A stretch of 64,000 nt of DNA from Thermoproteota archaeon (GTDB lineage Archaea > Thermoproteota > Thermoprotei > Thermofilales > B9-G17): NCBI GenBank assembly GCA_029258885.1, contig JAPDJW010000001.1:36089-100088 (forward strand), read 5' to 3'. The notes beneath the pieces were generated by a model. That model saw only the letters and a list, made by a program, of their open reading frames with translations. It was not told the origin of the DNA and searched no databases. Shown piece after piece: positions 1 to 9,646 of this stretch. The position numbers were made by a program, and so were the translations under genes. The first letter of the stretch is position 1, and every line of letters begins with the position of its first letter.

Positions 1-18
1 CCCATTTACTAGATAGAC

Positions 19-477
19 ATGTATATTCAAAGAATTGAATATATATTCGGCATAGAAAAGGAAGTTTTTTATATAATAATTTTCGAGCTTACAGTTCTTT
101 TCCTCATGATATTATGGATAAAGACGCGAAGCCTAAGATTAAAGAGAAAAGTTATGAAGTTAATTCAGGAGGCTGAGGTACTTAAAATTCGGCGAAGACC
201 TATGTCTTATGGGGATAGATTCATCCTATCCTTCTCTTCATCTAGTATAGCTATTATGTACGGGGTGGCGATGATCATCTCTGTGGTGTCGATTTTCATA
301 ACAATTATGGCCTTTCAACCATACGATCCCATATTGCTGGGGTTCAGTTTTTTAATGTATTCGGTAGGTATAATAATAATGTTTCTTTCATGGAGAAAAT
401 CTAAGTACTATATAAACCGCGAAATAGAGCGACTTGAAAGAGATATTAGAAGATATAAGGCTGATTATAAAAGATAG
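19..477 (+). CDS. hypothetical membrane protein
   Basis: 152-aa ORF with 3-4 hydrophobic helices and a charged C-terminal tail (RLERDIRRYKADYKR). No recognisable motif. Confidence 0.35.
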   Translation: MYIQRIEYIFGIEKEVFYIIIFELTVLFLMILWIKTRSLRLKRKVMKLIQEAEVLKIRRRPMSYGDRFILSFSSSSIAIMYGVAMIISVVSIFITIMAFQPYDPILLGFSFLMYSVGIIIMFLSWRKSKYYINREIERLERDIRRYKADYKR

Positions 478-564
478 ATATTTTAATCTATTTCCTACTA
501 ACTAGATTAGCCCTAAACAACGGGGACATATCGATAAACCAGGACTTTTAGATTAGGGATTAAA

Positions 565-3500
565 ATGAACATTAACTTATGTCTACGTGAAAAACGTAGA
601 CCATACCTATATTTCTTAGCTATATCGCTTCTTGCGGGCTTTATAATTCTACTATATACTTCCTATACTATTAAGCCGAAAGACACGTACTTCTATATCG
701 GCTGCAAAGTCTATTACGACAATTACTTAAGTGTATATGACACTGCTTCTCCCAAGCGTATCGAATCTAATCACTTTATAATTGAATACTATACTGAGGG
801 TAGAAGTGCTTGTTCCGACGACTATGCGGAGAAAGTTCTTCGATATTTCGAAATAGCGTGGCACAAGTACTTTATAGACTACGGATTCAACTTACCGGAA
901 TCACGTGAAGGCGACAAGATACTAATTAAAGTAGAGAAAATGTATCCAAGCTATGGAGCTACTCATGTTACAACCGATGGAAGCGGAAAATGGTATGTAA
1001 ACTACATAGCAATCGATAATAGTTTAAACGATGAAAAAATTATGGAAACCGCAGCTCATGAGTTATTTCACTGTATTCAAGCAGCGTATGATAGCTATGA
1101 AGGAGACACCGAAAATTACTGGATCATAGAGGGAATGGCCGTAGGAGCGGAGGACGCCATATTTCCTGACAATAACCTCTACATAAGATACATAAATCGT
1201 TGGATGAATACTCCCGATAAATCATTAGTAACTAGGTCGTATGATGCGGCTATCCTTTGGAGATACTTTTGGGAATTTCATGGTGTTGAAAAAATAAAAA
1301 TTATTCTTAAAATGCTTTCTATAGAGGATGGAATAAACGCTTTAATTAAGGCCTTTGGAGGCTACGAGAAATTTAGAAGTGTATACGCAGAGTTTATAAA
1401 AACTACATACTTCAAAGATGTATATAGCGACGGTAAGCTTTTCGCGAAACCATATATAAGTAAAACCATAGATCTTTCGCTCACGGATAGTGCTAACATT
1501 TCTGACTTAGTCAAATATTATGGAATTGATTACTATAGAATTCTACTTAACAATAATAGTGTATACATATGCTTTAATGGCTCATCTTCGTCTGACTTTC
1601 TACTAGTTCTTTTATATCCTGTTAATAAACATATAGTAATAGAGCTAAAAAATTATTCTTTCGGGACATATTTGTTTAAAAACCCTGGGAATATTTCAGA
1701 AATAGCGTTGGCAGTAACTAGAACCAGCGAAGATGGAAGTGGGTACTACGAGCTAAGTATTACGACCCTGGAGAGGGTCTATCGTATAAAGATGATACCT
1801 GAGCTTAAAAAAATCGTGGCGAATCCCGGGGATAAAATTACTATAGATCTGATACTCGTTAACGACGGAGAAGTGGCTCAAGAGTTTTCATTGAATTTCT
1901 CATCGAAACTATGTGATATAAAGCTAATAAATAATAATGGTCAATTAATAGGATCCGACGAAAGTATTATTCTAAATCCAGGAGAGAGTAAATCCTTGAA
2001 GATACAGATTTTCACACCTACAACTCCCGGTATTCGGGAGACTATAGGGATAGATGCTTATAGCAAAGGTTTTCTTGTAGGGTCTACGGAAATAGCTATA
2101 GTAACTACGGGGCTAAAGGTGAGGGCGTATCCTCATCCTGGATTGGCCTCAATTATGAATGTCACACATGTTTATGTGCAGTTATTATATTATCATAATC
2201 ATACACCAATAGCTCATGGTATGGTAATAGAGGAAATAACAGGTCTCATAGCTTATACCAATGAAAGTGGATGGGCTATTTTTAATCTAACAGAGAATAA
2301 GGTCGGTAAAGTAGTATACAAGTTCTACGGTATTTCAGACAAAAATCACGTTATAAACTACAGCATAAATGTGGAGTATATAACCATAGATTGGACGTAC
2401 CTTAAGGTGGATAAAGTACTATGTGATAGATATGTTGTAAATGTATCTCAACCAGTAATGATTCAGGTTAGGGTTGTATATGCTCATAACGGTAAGCCTG
2501 TATCAGGAGGCATCGTTAAAGTTCCAGAGTTAGGTATAATTTCAAGTATTAATTCCAGTGGATGGGCTACAATTATAGCTACGTCAAACGTGCCGAGAAC
2601 ATATATTATAGTAAAGCCCTTAAGGGATTTACTAGGATACGTAACCTACGGTGAAAAAATACGGGTTAATGTTTCCTGGACAGGAATAGTTCTTCATGTG
2701 AATGTATTGCCTTCACATATCGTTAATGTCGGTGATTATGTTAAAGTTGAAGTTTCGGCCGTATGGGCACATAATATGTCTCTCGCTGGTAAATGTAAGC
2801 TATACCTAATAAATGGGAGCAATATTGAAGAAGTGGAAACAGATGAAAGAGGAGTGTACAGTATAAGGCTTAAAAAGGACGTAACAAGTGTTCTTAACAT
2901 TACGTTTAAGATTGCTGACCAGAAATATAGACTCCTAGGTAATACATCAGCTAGTGTAACAATCATATGGACAGGCATAATTGTAGAGTACATAAACGTC
3001 TCCCGAAAAATCGTAAACGTGGGTACACCGGTAGATATATATGTTAAAATAAAATATGCACATAACAGCGAGCCCTGCGGAAAGGCAGAGATAGTATTAA
3101 ACACGGGGGCAAAAGGCTATACTGATGAAAATGGAATAGCATGCATAAGGGTGTCGAAGGCTGTAGCGAAAACCTATACTATTAATGTATCTCATGTGCT
3201 TTCACCAGATGGTATAACCCACATTATGGCTAACCAGCAAGCTGAGATAACATGGACTTACTTATTGGTGGATAAAGCAATTATATTTCCAAATGTAACT
3301 GTACTTCATAGTCCGGTCAATGTAAGGTTGAGAATAGTTTATGCGCATAATTCGAGCCCGGCGAGAGGGGTGACGCTAAGCATATATGGTTTTAATATTT
3401 CAACAGACGGTGATGGATGGATAAATACTACATTACATTTTGATAAAGTTGACGTATATACCATAAAGCTAGAAGTAATCGAAGCACCAAGCAATATTCA

Positions 3501-3993
3501 GAGAATAGTCTATCCTCTTCTTAGGGTTGTAGTCTGCAGTGAAGTTACCTATAATCTATGGTCACAAATGAATAATATAAAAGCTAATGGATGTAATGTC
3601 AGTCAATTTATGCGGGCCTGGAATAAGATTATAGAGCTGATGGATAAAGGAAAAGTCGATGAGGCTGAAAATATCTCGAGACAACTGTATAATGAAATAG
3701 AGAGAGCCGAAAGATCCATGGCCCTACTCAATAAGGCAAAGAATGTCATTAGTAAAGCTAAGGGGAGTGGAATACTATTGTTTATCTGGGAAGCGGAAAT
3801 GAAGCTTCATGAGGCAATAAACGCTTTTAAGAGAGGGGACTATAATGAGGCAGCAGAATTAGCTAGTGAAAGCATTAAAAGAGCATATAAGGCGGCTGCT
3901 TGGTCTACTGCATTTACGGCAGTATTTTTAGCAGCTGCGATCCTATTAGTAACCAGCGAATTAATTAAACACTATTCCGAGCCGGAATGGTAA
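565..3993 (+). CDS. surface-anchored HExxH zinc-metalloprotease-like protein with tandem Ig-like repeats and a C-terminal TM anchor
   Basis: N-terminal signal/anchor helix. HELFH motif at nt 1057-1071, followed by EGMA. A CARDB/NEW3-like segment (PGDKITIDLILVNDGEVAQEF ... LNPGESKSLKIQIF). Five ~95-aa repeats at 2110-3543. Coiled-coil region, then the hydrophobic helix WSTAFTAVFLAAAILLVTSELI. Many N-x-S/T sequons. Confidence 0.55.
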   Translation: MNINLCLREKRRPYLYFLAISLLAGFIILLYTSYTIKPKDTYFYIGCKVYYDNYLSVYDTASPKRIESNHFIIEYYTEGRSACSDDYAEKVLRYFEIAWHKYFIDYGFNLPESREGDKILIKVEKMYPSYGATHVTTDGSGKWYVNYIAIDNSLNDEKIMETAAHELFHCIQAAYDSYEGDTENYWIIEGMAVGAEDAIFPDNNLYIRYINRWMNTPDKSLVTRSYDAAILWRYFWEFHGVEKIKIILKMLSIEDGINALIKAFGGYEKFRSVYAEFIKTTYFKDVYSDGKLFAKPYISKTIDLSLTDSANISDLVKYYGIDYYRILLNNNSVYICFNGSSSSDFLLVLLYPVNKHIVIELKNYSFGTYLFKNPGNISEIALAVTRTSEDGSGYYELSITTLERVYRIKMIPELKKIVANPGDKITIDLILVNDGEVAQEFSLNFSSKLCDIKLINNNGQLIGSDESIILNPGESKSLKIQIFTPTTPGIRETIGIDAYSKGFLVGSTEIAIVTTGLKVRAYPHPGLASIMNVTHVYVQLLYYHNHTPIAHGMVIEEITGLIAYTNESGWAIFNLTENKVGKVVYKFYGISDKNHVINYSINVEYITIDWTYLKVDKVLCDRYVVNVSQPVMIQVRVVYAHNGKPVSGGIVKVPELGIISSINSSGWATIIATSNVPRTYIIVKPLRDLLGYVTYGEKIRVNVSWTGIVLHVNVLPSHIVNVGDYVKVEVSAVWAHNMSLAGKCKLYLINGSNIEEVETDERGVYSIRLKKDVTSVLNITFKIADQKYRLLGNTSASVTIIWTGIIVEYINVSRKIVNVGTPVDIYVKIKYAHNSEPCGKAEIVLNTGAKGYTDENGIACIRVSKAVAKTYTINVSHVLSPDGITHIMANQQAEITWTYLLVDKAIIFPNVTVLHSPVNVRLRIVYAHNSSPARGVTLSIYGFNISTDGDGWINTTLHFDKVDVYTIKLEVIEAPSNIQRIVYPLLRVVVCSEVTYNLWSQMNNIKANGCNVSQFMRAWNKIIELMDKGKVDEAENISRQLYNEIERAERSMALLNKAKNVISKAKGSGILLFIWEAEMKLHEAINAFKRGDYNEAAELASESIKRAYKAAAWSTAFTAVFLAAAILLVTSELIKHYSEPEW
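2110..3543 (+). repeat. five tandem ~95-97 aa (285-291 nt) protein-domain repeats inside the 1142-aa surface protein
   Basis: Repeat units start at nt 2110, 2398, 2683, 2974 and 3259. Each contains V(Y/W)AHN-x-(S/K)P, a (S/E/D)-G-W/I-A motif, and ends in (I/V)-x-W-T. The repeats are divergent at DNA level. Confidence 0.7.
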
Positions 3994-4034
3994 GGGGGAC
4001 ATATCATGTTTATATTTCGTAATTTTATGAAAAT

Positions 4035-4883
4035 TTATCTAAAAGCCCTGAAGTCTATACAGATTTTATATACGCGAGGAGCATAGGGTAAAACCTTTCT
4101 TTTATTCAATATTTCAATTTTATAATTATGTTTCCTGGCGTGCTCCTCTATTATTGTAATGGCTTCATCGTAGAGATTCTCTTCATGTGCCCAATGATAA
4201 AAGTGTATTATTCCGCCATCTTCTCTAAGACAATTAAATGCTTCGTCCAGGTAGTACTGAGCTCCTTTCGGTAAAGGCATTATAACTCTATCAGCCATGC
4301 CATACCACTTGGAGGTTTCAACCTTCACATCGCCTAGTACAGGCATTATCTTATCCTCTAATTTATTAAGTTTAATATTCTCCACCATATAGTTGTATGC
4401 TATAGGATTAATCTCTATAGCAACTATTTTTTTAACCAAAGGCTGTACTTTAGCTATCACTATACCATATGGGCATACACCAGCAAACATTAAAACTACG
4501 AAGTCCCCAGGGGCAACCTGTCTCGCTATTCTAAGTCTTTCCGTGCTTTCCCGTGGCGAAAAATACACCTTAGTAGGATCTAACTTGAAATAGCAGCCGT
4601 GTTCCTTATGGATAACTTCAGTATTAGGATCACCCGCTATGAGTTCGTAATTCCTAGTTCTGTATACTCCCACTCTTGGGGATCTTTTAGCTAAAACCGT
4701 TTTTACATTCTTATGAATTTTCATAATAGCTTCAGCTATTAAAACGCGCCTATGATATATCTCTTCAGGAATCTCAACAATAGCAACGGCTTTCTCTCTC
4801 GATCCTATGATATCAAAACTTCTAGGAATGAACCGTAACTCCTCTTCAGGAATTTTGCTCTTTAAATAGCTTCTCACATCCAT
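4035..4883 (-). CDS. trm5: tRNA (guanine37-N1)-methyltransferase, Trm5/Taw22 (Met-10+) family
   Basis: 282 aa. It reads as a Met-10+ type class I SAM methyltransferase: VVLMFAGVCPYGIVIAK SAM-binding loop, DRVIMPLP motif, and a length and architecture typical of archaeal Trm5. Confidence 0.7.
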   Translation of the reverse strand: MDVRSYLKSKIPEEELRFIPRSFDIIGSREKAVAIVEIPEEIYHRRVLIAEAIMKIHKNVKTVLAKRSPRVGVYRTRNYELIAGDPNTEVIHKEHGCYFKLDPTKVYFSPRESTERLRIARQVAPGDFVVLMFAGVCPYGIVIAKVQPLVKKIVAIEINPIAYNYMVENIKLNKLEDKIMPVLGDVKVETSKWYGMADRVIMPLPKGAQYYLDEAFNCLREDGGIIHFYHWAHEENLYDEAITIIEEHARKHNYKIEILNKRKVLPYAPRVYKICIDFRAFR

Positions 4884-5162
4884 CTTTCTCCTCTCTTTAT
4901 GTGTATTTCTACGAAATTTGGATTTTCCTGTCGGCAGTCTTTGTATCCCTCTATCGTGGAGAGGAGCATATTACCCCTAGCCTCACAGCCTTATTCCTCC
5001 GAGTGAACAATTACCTGGGGCATTATTCGTATTCTAAGTTAATGCGTATAATAATGTGAATATTTAAACCTTATTATCTCTGAAATTTCCGGTTTTCCTC
5101 ATTAATATATATTATAACTATTAATGCTACTTTGTTATTGATTAATTACATATATTTGTGCC

Positions 5163-5456
5163 TTAACCTCCTTCTATTGAAAAGTTCCGAGGACAGAGAC
5201 GTCTCGCAAGCAGGCAGTATTTTTCAGCATTTTCAATATCGCCCTGTAACCTTAATATGGAACTTTTTTTACATAACTCTGCTTCCTGCCTGCAAACTGG
5301 ATTAGCATTCTTTATACATAAGCTAGAAACGAAACCACATATTTTACCAGCTTCTTCGTGTCTCCCAGCCTTTGCCAAACTACGAGATACCTGACATAAC
5401 TTAAGAGCATACTGACAGTAGAAATTAACCACTTCCTCCTCAAGTTTTAAAGCCAT
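5163..5456 (-). CDS. small cysteine-rich helical protein with four Cx6C motifs
   Basis: 97 aa with 8 Cys arranged as C14-x6-C21, C40-x6-C47, C55-x6-C62 and C81-x6-C88, each in a predicted helix. No known family recognised. Confidence 0.4.
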   Translation of the reverse strand: MALKLEEEVVNFYCQYALKLCQVSRSLAKAGRHEEAGKICGFVSSLCIKNANPVCRQEAELCKKSSILRLQGDIENAEKYCLLARRLCPRNFSIEGG

Positions 5457-5569
5457 GGATACTTATTCTCTCCCTTACAGTTTTATACTTTACTATCGGT
5501 TATATATGAGAATGCCGCGGTGAAAATAAATAGGAGAATCTTAAATAATAGGAGGCGGGGGTAAAGCGA

Positions 5570-6280
5570 ATGAGTATTCTCTTCTTTAAGAAGCTTGCTA
5601 TAAGAATTAAGAGATTATGCATGAATCCAAGTGAGGCCTTTAAAAGCATAGAAAAAGACCCCGATTTTCTAGGCCCGTTCAGTATAATCTTGATTACCAT
5701 AGCCTTTGCCATTTTAAACCAATTTATTTTAGCCCAGAATATATTTTTCATGATTGAGGAGTTCAATATAAAGCAGGTGATGCACGGCTTTCTGCTTTCA
5801 AATATTCAATTACTACTGGCAGTACAATTGATAATTGTAATACTAATGTGGCTAATAATATTCGCAATAAACTATTCTGTATCAAGGATGCTTGGCGGCG
5901 AGGCAGAGAGCTATGCTCTTTTCTCGGCCTCAGGATACCTTTACATCACGCAGCTTTTACATTTTCTCTCAGATACGGTGGCACTATTGATAGCGATACG
6001 TAGTATGCCAGTACTAGCTATATTCATGATAAATTCAAAAGTGGACGATATAGCTAAAAGCGTAGGCTTCGGCATATGGTTATCAAATTATGGAATGAAT
6101 TTATCCTTTATAAGGGAATTTACGGGATGGCTATTCACGCTATGGGGCGGGCTTCTAAACGTCTATCTCATGAGAGAGGTATGTTACCTAGATTCTAAGA
6201 GAGCTATTGTAGGTGGAATAATAGCATATATTTTAATAACTATCGCAGCAATATTCGTAAATCAAATGTTCTACGGCTAG
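5570..6280 (+). CDS. Yip1-domain-like polytopic membrane protein
   Basis: 236 aa. The N-terminal NPSEAFKSIEKDPDFLGPF segment followed by ~5 TM helices resembles Yip1/DUF1282-type proteins. A GGAGG sequence sits ~12 nt upstream of the ATG. Confidence 0.45.
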   Translation: MSILFFKKLAIRIKRLCMNPSEAFKSIEKDPDFLGPFSIILITIAFAILNQFILAQNIFFMIEEFNIKQVMHGFLLSNIQLLLAVQLIIVILMWLIIFAINYSVSRMLGGEAESYALFSASGYLYITQLLHFLSDTVALLIAIRSMPVLAIFMINSKVDDIAKSVGFGIWLSNYGMNLSFIREFTGWLFTLWGGLLNVYLMREVCYLDSKRAIVGGIIAYILITIAAIFVNQMFYG

Positions 6281-6281
6281 A

Positions 6282-7535
6282 TTATTGGATAATTCCATAT
6301 CCTATTAATCTCCATCTTCCGCTTATTCTCCTGCTTATTGCCACACGTGCGCCTTTCTCAGCGCAAACGGGAACCTTTAATTTCATGGTTACAATGTTGT
6401 CTCTCGAACCTTCGACAGTGCCTATAGTGGCTGCGGTACCAACGTTTAGAGCCAATACTTCTCTTTTCCTAATAGGTTCAACCTTGCGCATATCAGGTGT
6501 TCCAACGGCTCTTTCCATAAGAAATGTCTCCATTGTTAATTCCTCCCATATCGGAGGAAGGGTTCCAGGCTTTCCGACAACGTTCCCCATAAGACCATCA
6601 GATTTAGTTATGCTAGGATCCAGCAAGGTACCGACTCCTATAAGACCTCCTGGATAAGCCTCCTCCAGCTCAAATTCTCCAGATTTTAGGCTAGTTATCT
6701 CAGTATATAATGTTTTATACTTTATCTTTCCCGCTTCCATTATCCTAAGGCCAGGCCTAATTTCTATCTCATCGCCTACCCTAAATTTGCCCTGAACTAT
6801 CGTACCACCTATTACTCCTCCCTTCAAATCCTTGGGTCGTGTTCCAGGTTTATTAACGTCAAACGACCTTGCAACGTACATTCGCGGTGGTTTTGTAGGA
6901 TCTCTCTGAGGTGTTGGCAGGAATTTTTCCATTGCCTCAATTAAGACGTCAATGTTAGTTTTATGTAATGCAGACACAGGTATTATTGGAGCATCTTCAG
7001 CCCATGTACCTTCAATAAACTTCTTAATTTCCCGATAGTTCCTAAGCACTTGCTCTTTTGATGCAACATCAATCTTATTCTGAACAATGACCATGTTCTT
7101 TACCCCTATAATTGATAGAGCCATGAAATGTTCTCTTGTTTGAGGCTGAGGACAGGGCTGAGTAGCATCTATAACCATTAAGACTCCATCCATTATCGTA
7201 GCGCCAGCCAACATGATTGCCATAAGCATTTCGTGACCGGGTACATCTACAAAGGAAACTCTTCTCGAAAGAATTAAGTCACTTCCGCAGTGCTTACATT
7301 TCCAATCCGGAGCTAGCGCTTCCGTATAATACTTTATAGGTGGGGGGCAGGATGGACATACGAGAATTGCTGTATCGGCATAACCTAGTTTAAGCGTGAT
7401 ACCTCTCTTAAGTTCTTCAGAATGTCTAGCTGCCCAGATCCCTGTTAGTGCCTCTACAAGTGTTGTTTTGCCGTGATCTACGTGGCCAGCTGTACCTATG
7501 TTTATTAACGGTTGTTTAGCAGTTTCAGTCGTCAA
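6282..7535 (-). CDS. eif2g: translation initiation factor aIF2 gamma subunit
   Basis: GTPase G1 motif GHVDHGKTTL, DVPGHE, NKID, a zinc-knuckle insert (CPSC...CKHC), and full-length 417 aa. Confidence 0.95.
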   Translation of the reverse strand: MTTETAKQPLINIGTAGHVDHGKTTLVEALTGIWAARHSEELKRGITLKLGYADTAILVCPSCPPPIKYYTEALAPDWKCKHCGSDLILSRRVSFVDVPGHEMLMAIMLAGATIMDGVLMVIDATQPCPQPQTREHFMALSIIGVKNMVIVQNKIDVASKEQVLRNYREIKKFIEGTWAEDAPIIPVSALHKTNIDVLIEAMEKFLPTPQRDPTKPPRMYVARSFDVNKPGTRPKDLKGGVIGGTIVQGKFRVGDEIEIRPGLRIMEAGKIKYKTLYTEITSLKSGEFELEEAYPGGLIGVGTLLDPSITKSDGLMGNVVGKPGTLPPIWEELTMETFLMERAVGTPDMRKVEPIRKREVLALNVGTAATIGTVEGSRDNIVTMKLKVPVCAEKGARVAISRRISGRWRLIGYGIIQ

Positions 7536-7543
7536 AAAATCAC

Positions 7544-7888
7544 CTAGTCTATAAGAACGGTATTTACCTGAACTATATCCTCAGTAATAATATTTCCTCT
7601 CACTAATTTCCTTTTCCTCATCCCCTTCTTAGGAGGATGATAGCCAGGAGGGCCGGAAAGAAGTATCCTTTTCTTACCGCTTATAGGTAGATCCGGCCTC
7701 ATAGGTTCACCTGCTCTCCCTGAACCGCCTGTAATTTTAAGCTTCTTCCCCCTAAATCCTAGAATGCTTCCGTCAATAACATCTCCTATTCGTAGTCCTA
7801 CGAAGACACGAGCTTTCTCTCCCTTTACCTCAATTTGCTGAGCCTTACCCGTCTTAGGATCAGATACAACAACCTTAAACTCAGGCAT
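7544..7888 (-). CDS. rps6e: 30S ribosomal protein S6e
   Basis: MPEFKVVVSDPKTGKAQQIEV... is typical of S6e. I chose the internal ATG at 7888 rather than the ORF-track start at 7915. Confidence 0.9.
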   Translation of the reverse strand: MPEFKVVVSDPKTGKAQQIEVKGEKARVFVGLRIGDVIDGSILGFRGKKLKITGGSGRAGEPMRPDLPISGKKRILLSGPPGYHPPKKGMRKRKLVRGNIITEDIVQVNTVLID

Positions 7889-7988
7889 AGAACCCCCATC
7901 ACTTAGAACTTGCACACCTATATTTACTTTGCTATAAAGCTATAGTTATATAGGAGATTTAAGATAGCATAACTAGCAGGTGTTTAGC

Positions 7989-8594
7989 ATGAGCAGAGAG
8001 TTCATTACAGGAGCTACAACGGTTGGAATAGTTGTAAAGAACGGGGTAGTACTTGCTTCAGAGAAGAGAGTAACTTATGGCTATAGTTTAATGAGCAAGG
8101 CAGGGAAAAAGGTTTTTAAAATAACCGATAGACTAGGCTTAGCGTGTGCGGGGCTTATAGCTGACATGCAGACTATTTCAAGGATTTTAGCGGCAGAAGT
8201 CCGACTATACGAGATTGAAAACGCTAGGAGAATGAGCGTGAGGAGTGCCGCCAAGCTATTGTCAACAATACTCTTCAATAAAAGGCTTCTTCCATACTTT
8301 ACTGAGACACTTATAGGAGGAATTGATGATAGTGGGCCTCATTTATTCATCTTAGATCCAATAGGATCATTAATTGAGGATGATTATGCTGCATTAGGCA
8401 CAGGAGCAAAGATAGCCATTGGTATACTAGAGTCGGAATATGATAAGAATCATCCATTATCTAAAGCACGTGAAATAGCGATTAAATCCATTAAAACAGC
8501 CATAGGTAGAGATGCCGTAAGCGGAGATGGAATAGACATATTAGTAATATCGCCAGAAGGGATGAAGGAGGAGTCAATTCTCATTAAAGGTTAA
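7989..8594 (+). CDS. psmB: proteasome beta subunit
   Basis: Short propeptide followed by the catalytic Thr motif G-A|TTVGIVVKNGVVLASEKR. The Ntn-hydrolase fold signature runs throughout. Confidence 0.9.
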   Translation: MSREFITGATTVGIVVKNGVVLASEKRVTYGYSLMSKAGKKVFKITDRLGLACAGLIADMQTISRILAAEVRLYEIENARRMSVRSAAKLLSTILFNKRLLPYFTETLIGGIDDSGPHLFILDPIGSLIEDDYAALGTGAKIAIGILESEYDKNHPLSKAREIAIKSIKTAIGRDAVSGDGIDILVISPEGMKEESILIKG

Positions 8595-8637
8595 GGCATA
8601 AAATATATATCTAATTTATCTATTTCTGCATTAGGTG

Positions 8638-9039
8638 ATGTTCTTGGCTACTCGACCTGAGGAAGCTGGTAGCTTAAAGGTTGGATCTTTCATAGTTATT
8701 GATGGAGAGCCGTGTAAGATAGTTGAATTGGAAAAATCCAAAACCGGAAAACATGGTTCAGCAAAAGTAAGAATAGTAGCAATAGGTTTCTTCGATAATG
8801 TAAAGAGAAGCATAGTAGCACCTTCGGGGGCTCGTGTTGAGGTTCCTATAATTAATAAGAAGACAGCCCAAGTAATTGCAGTAATGCCTAATGCTATACA
8901 GTTAATGGATCTAACCGATTATAGCACCTTTGAGGTCCTACCGCCTGAAGACGAATCTCTCAGGAGTAAGCTTGAGCCAGGCGTAGAAGTTGAAGTATGG
9001 GAGGTCATGGGAAGACATAAGATTATGAGAACCCGCTGA
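8638..9039 (+). CDS. eif5a: translation initiation factor 5A (aIF5A)
   Basis: The hypusine loop KTGKHGSAK is preceded by GSFIVIDGEPCKIVE. ~133 aa. Confidence 0.9.
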   Translation: MFLATRPEEAGSLKVGSFIVIDGEPCKIVELEKSKTGKHGSAKVRIVAIGFFDNVKRSIVAPSGARVEVPIINKKTAQVIAVMPNAIQLMDLTDYSTFEVLPPEDESLRSKLEPGVEVEVWEVMGRHKIMRTR

Positions 9040-9041
9040 TT

Positions 9042-9620
9042 TTAAAATCTTTTTCTTACAGGTGGAGGTACTACAAAGAGATAATACTTTTGTCCGCCCT
9101 TTATTTCCTCAAGTATTCTTTCAACTATTAGCCTTTTTGGATCGCTTATTCTAGTCCTTTCTTGAATATCCTTAAATGATTCGAAGGGACGCTTCTTCCT
9201 TTCTTCTAGAATTTTCCACAGAGTCTTTTTCCCTACACCTCTTAGCAATTCTAAGCTATGCATGCGTGTAGTTAGGGGGCTAGCCTTATTGAAGAATTCT
9301 ACAAACTTCTCTGCTTTTCTCGTAACTATTTCTTCGATAACTTCAGGAAGCTCTCCCTTCGCTGTCTGTGTAAGCTCATCATACGTTAATCTTCTGGTAA
9401 TTCGCCTAACTTTACTTATGTCATGTTTACCAACATATACTCTTTCTCGTATTGAAAGAGGAATACCTTCATACGGTTGAAGCTCCAGTAACATAAAGTA
9501 GTCTTCGCCTACAGCTTGAGCCAAAGGTCCACGTATAAATCCCCGAGGAGTATAATACCCATATGGAAGGTAGTCAAGAACTATAACATATTCTTCGTAC
9601 GCCTTAGGCTGCCTATACAT
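9042..9620 (-). CDS. DUF655-family nucleic-acid-binding protein (COG1491)
   Basis: EEYVIVLDYLPYGY N-terminus and a C-terminal helix-hairpin-helix-like LELLRGVGKKTLWKILEER. It sits immediately downstream of rpo4, the usual archaeal arrangement. Confidence 0.6.
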   Translation of the reverse strand: MYRQPKAYEEYVIVLDYLPYGYYTPRGFIRGPLAQAVGEDYFMLLELQPYEGIPLSIRERVYVGKHDISKVRRITRRLTYDELTQTAKGELPEVIEEIVTRKAEKFVEFFNKASPLTTRMHSLELLRGVGKKTLWKILEERKKRPFESFKDIQERTRISDPKRLIVERILEEIKGGQKYYLFVVPPPVRKRF

Positions 9621-9646
9621 GACTACCGCCCAAAATCATCAATACA

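Noticed and set aside
2736-3104. Antisense or nested ORFs inside well-supported genes (also 4393-4593, 6385-6657, 14473-14661, 15286-15657, 18341-18629, 19420-19836, 37570-37995, 38520-39050, 47480-48010, 48249-48545, 56609-57923, 62341-62685 and others)
   Set aside because: Each is fully overlapped by a longer ORF with clear family motifs on the other strand or frame. Their translations are low-complexity (Ser/Leu/Ile-rich), as expected for antisense reading of AT-rich genes.
4884-5162. Moderately GC-enriched 279-nt gap with a small hairpin (CCTCT-ATCGTGG-AGAGG) and a 31-codon upstream ORF ahead of trm5; considered as an H/ACA or other sRNA
   Set aside because: I found no ACA-box/K-turn arrangement and no extended conserved-looking structure. 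This cannot be settled without comparative data.
5500-5766. 88-aa minus-strand ORF overlapping the start of the Yip1-like gene
   Set aside because: The plus-strand 236-aa ORF has a Shine-Dalgarno-like GGAGG and a coherent TM architecture. The minus ORF has neither.
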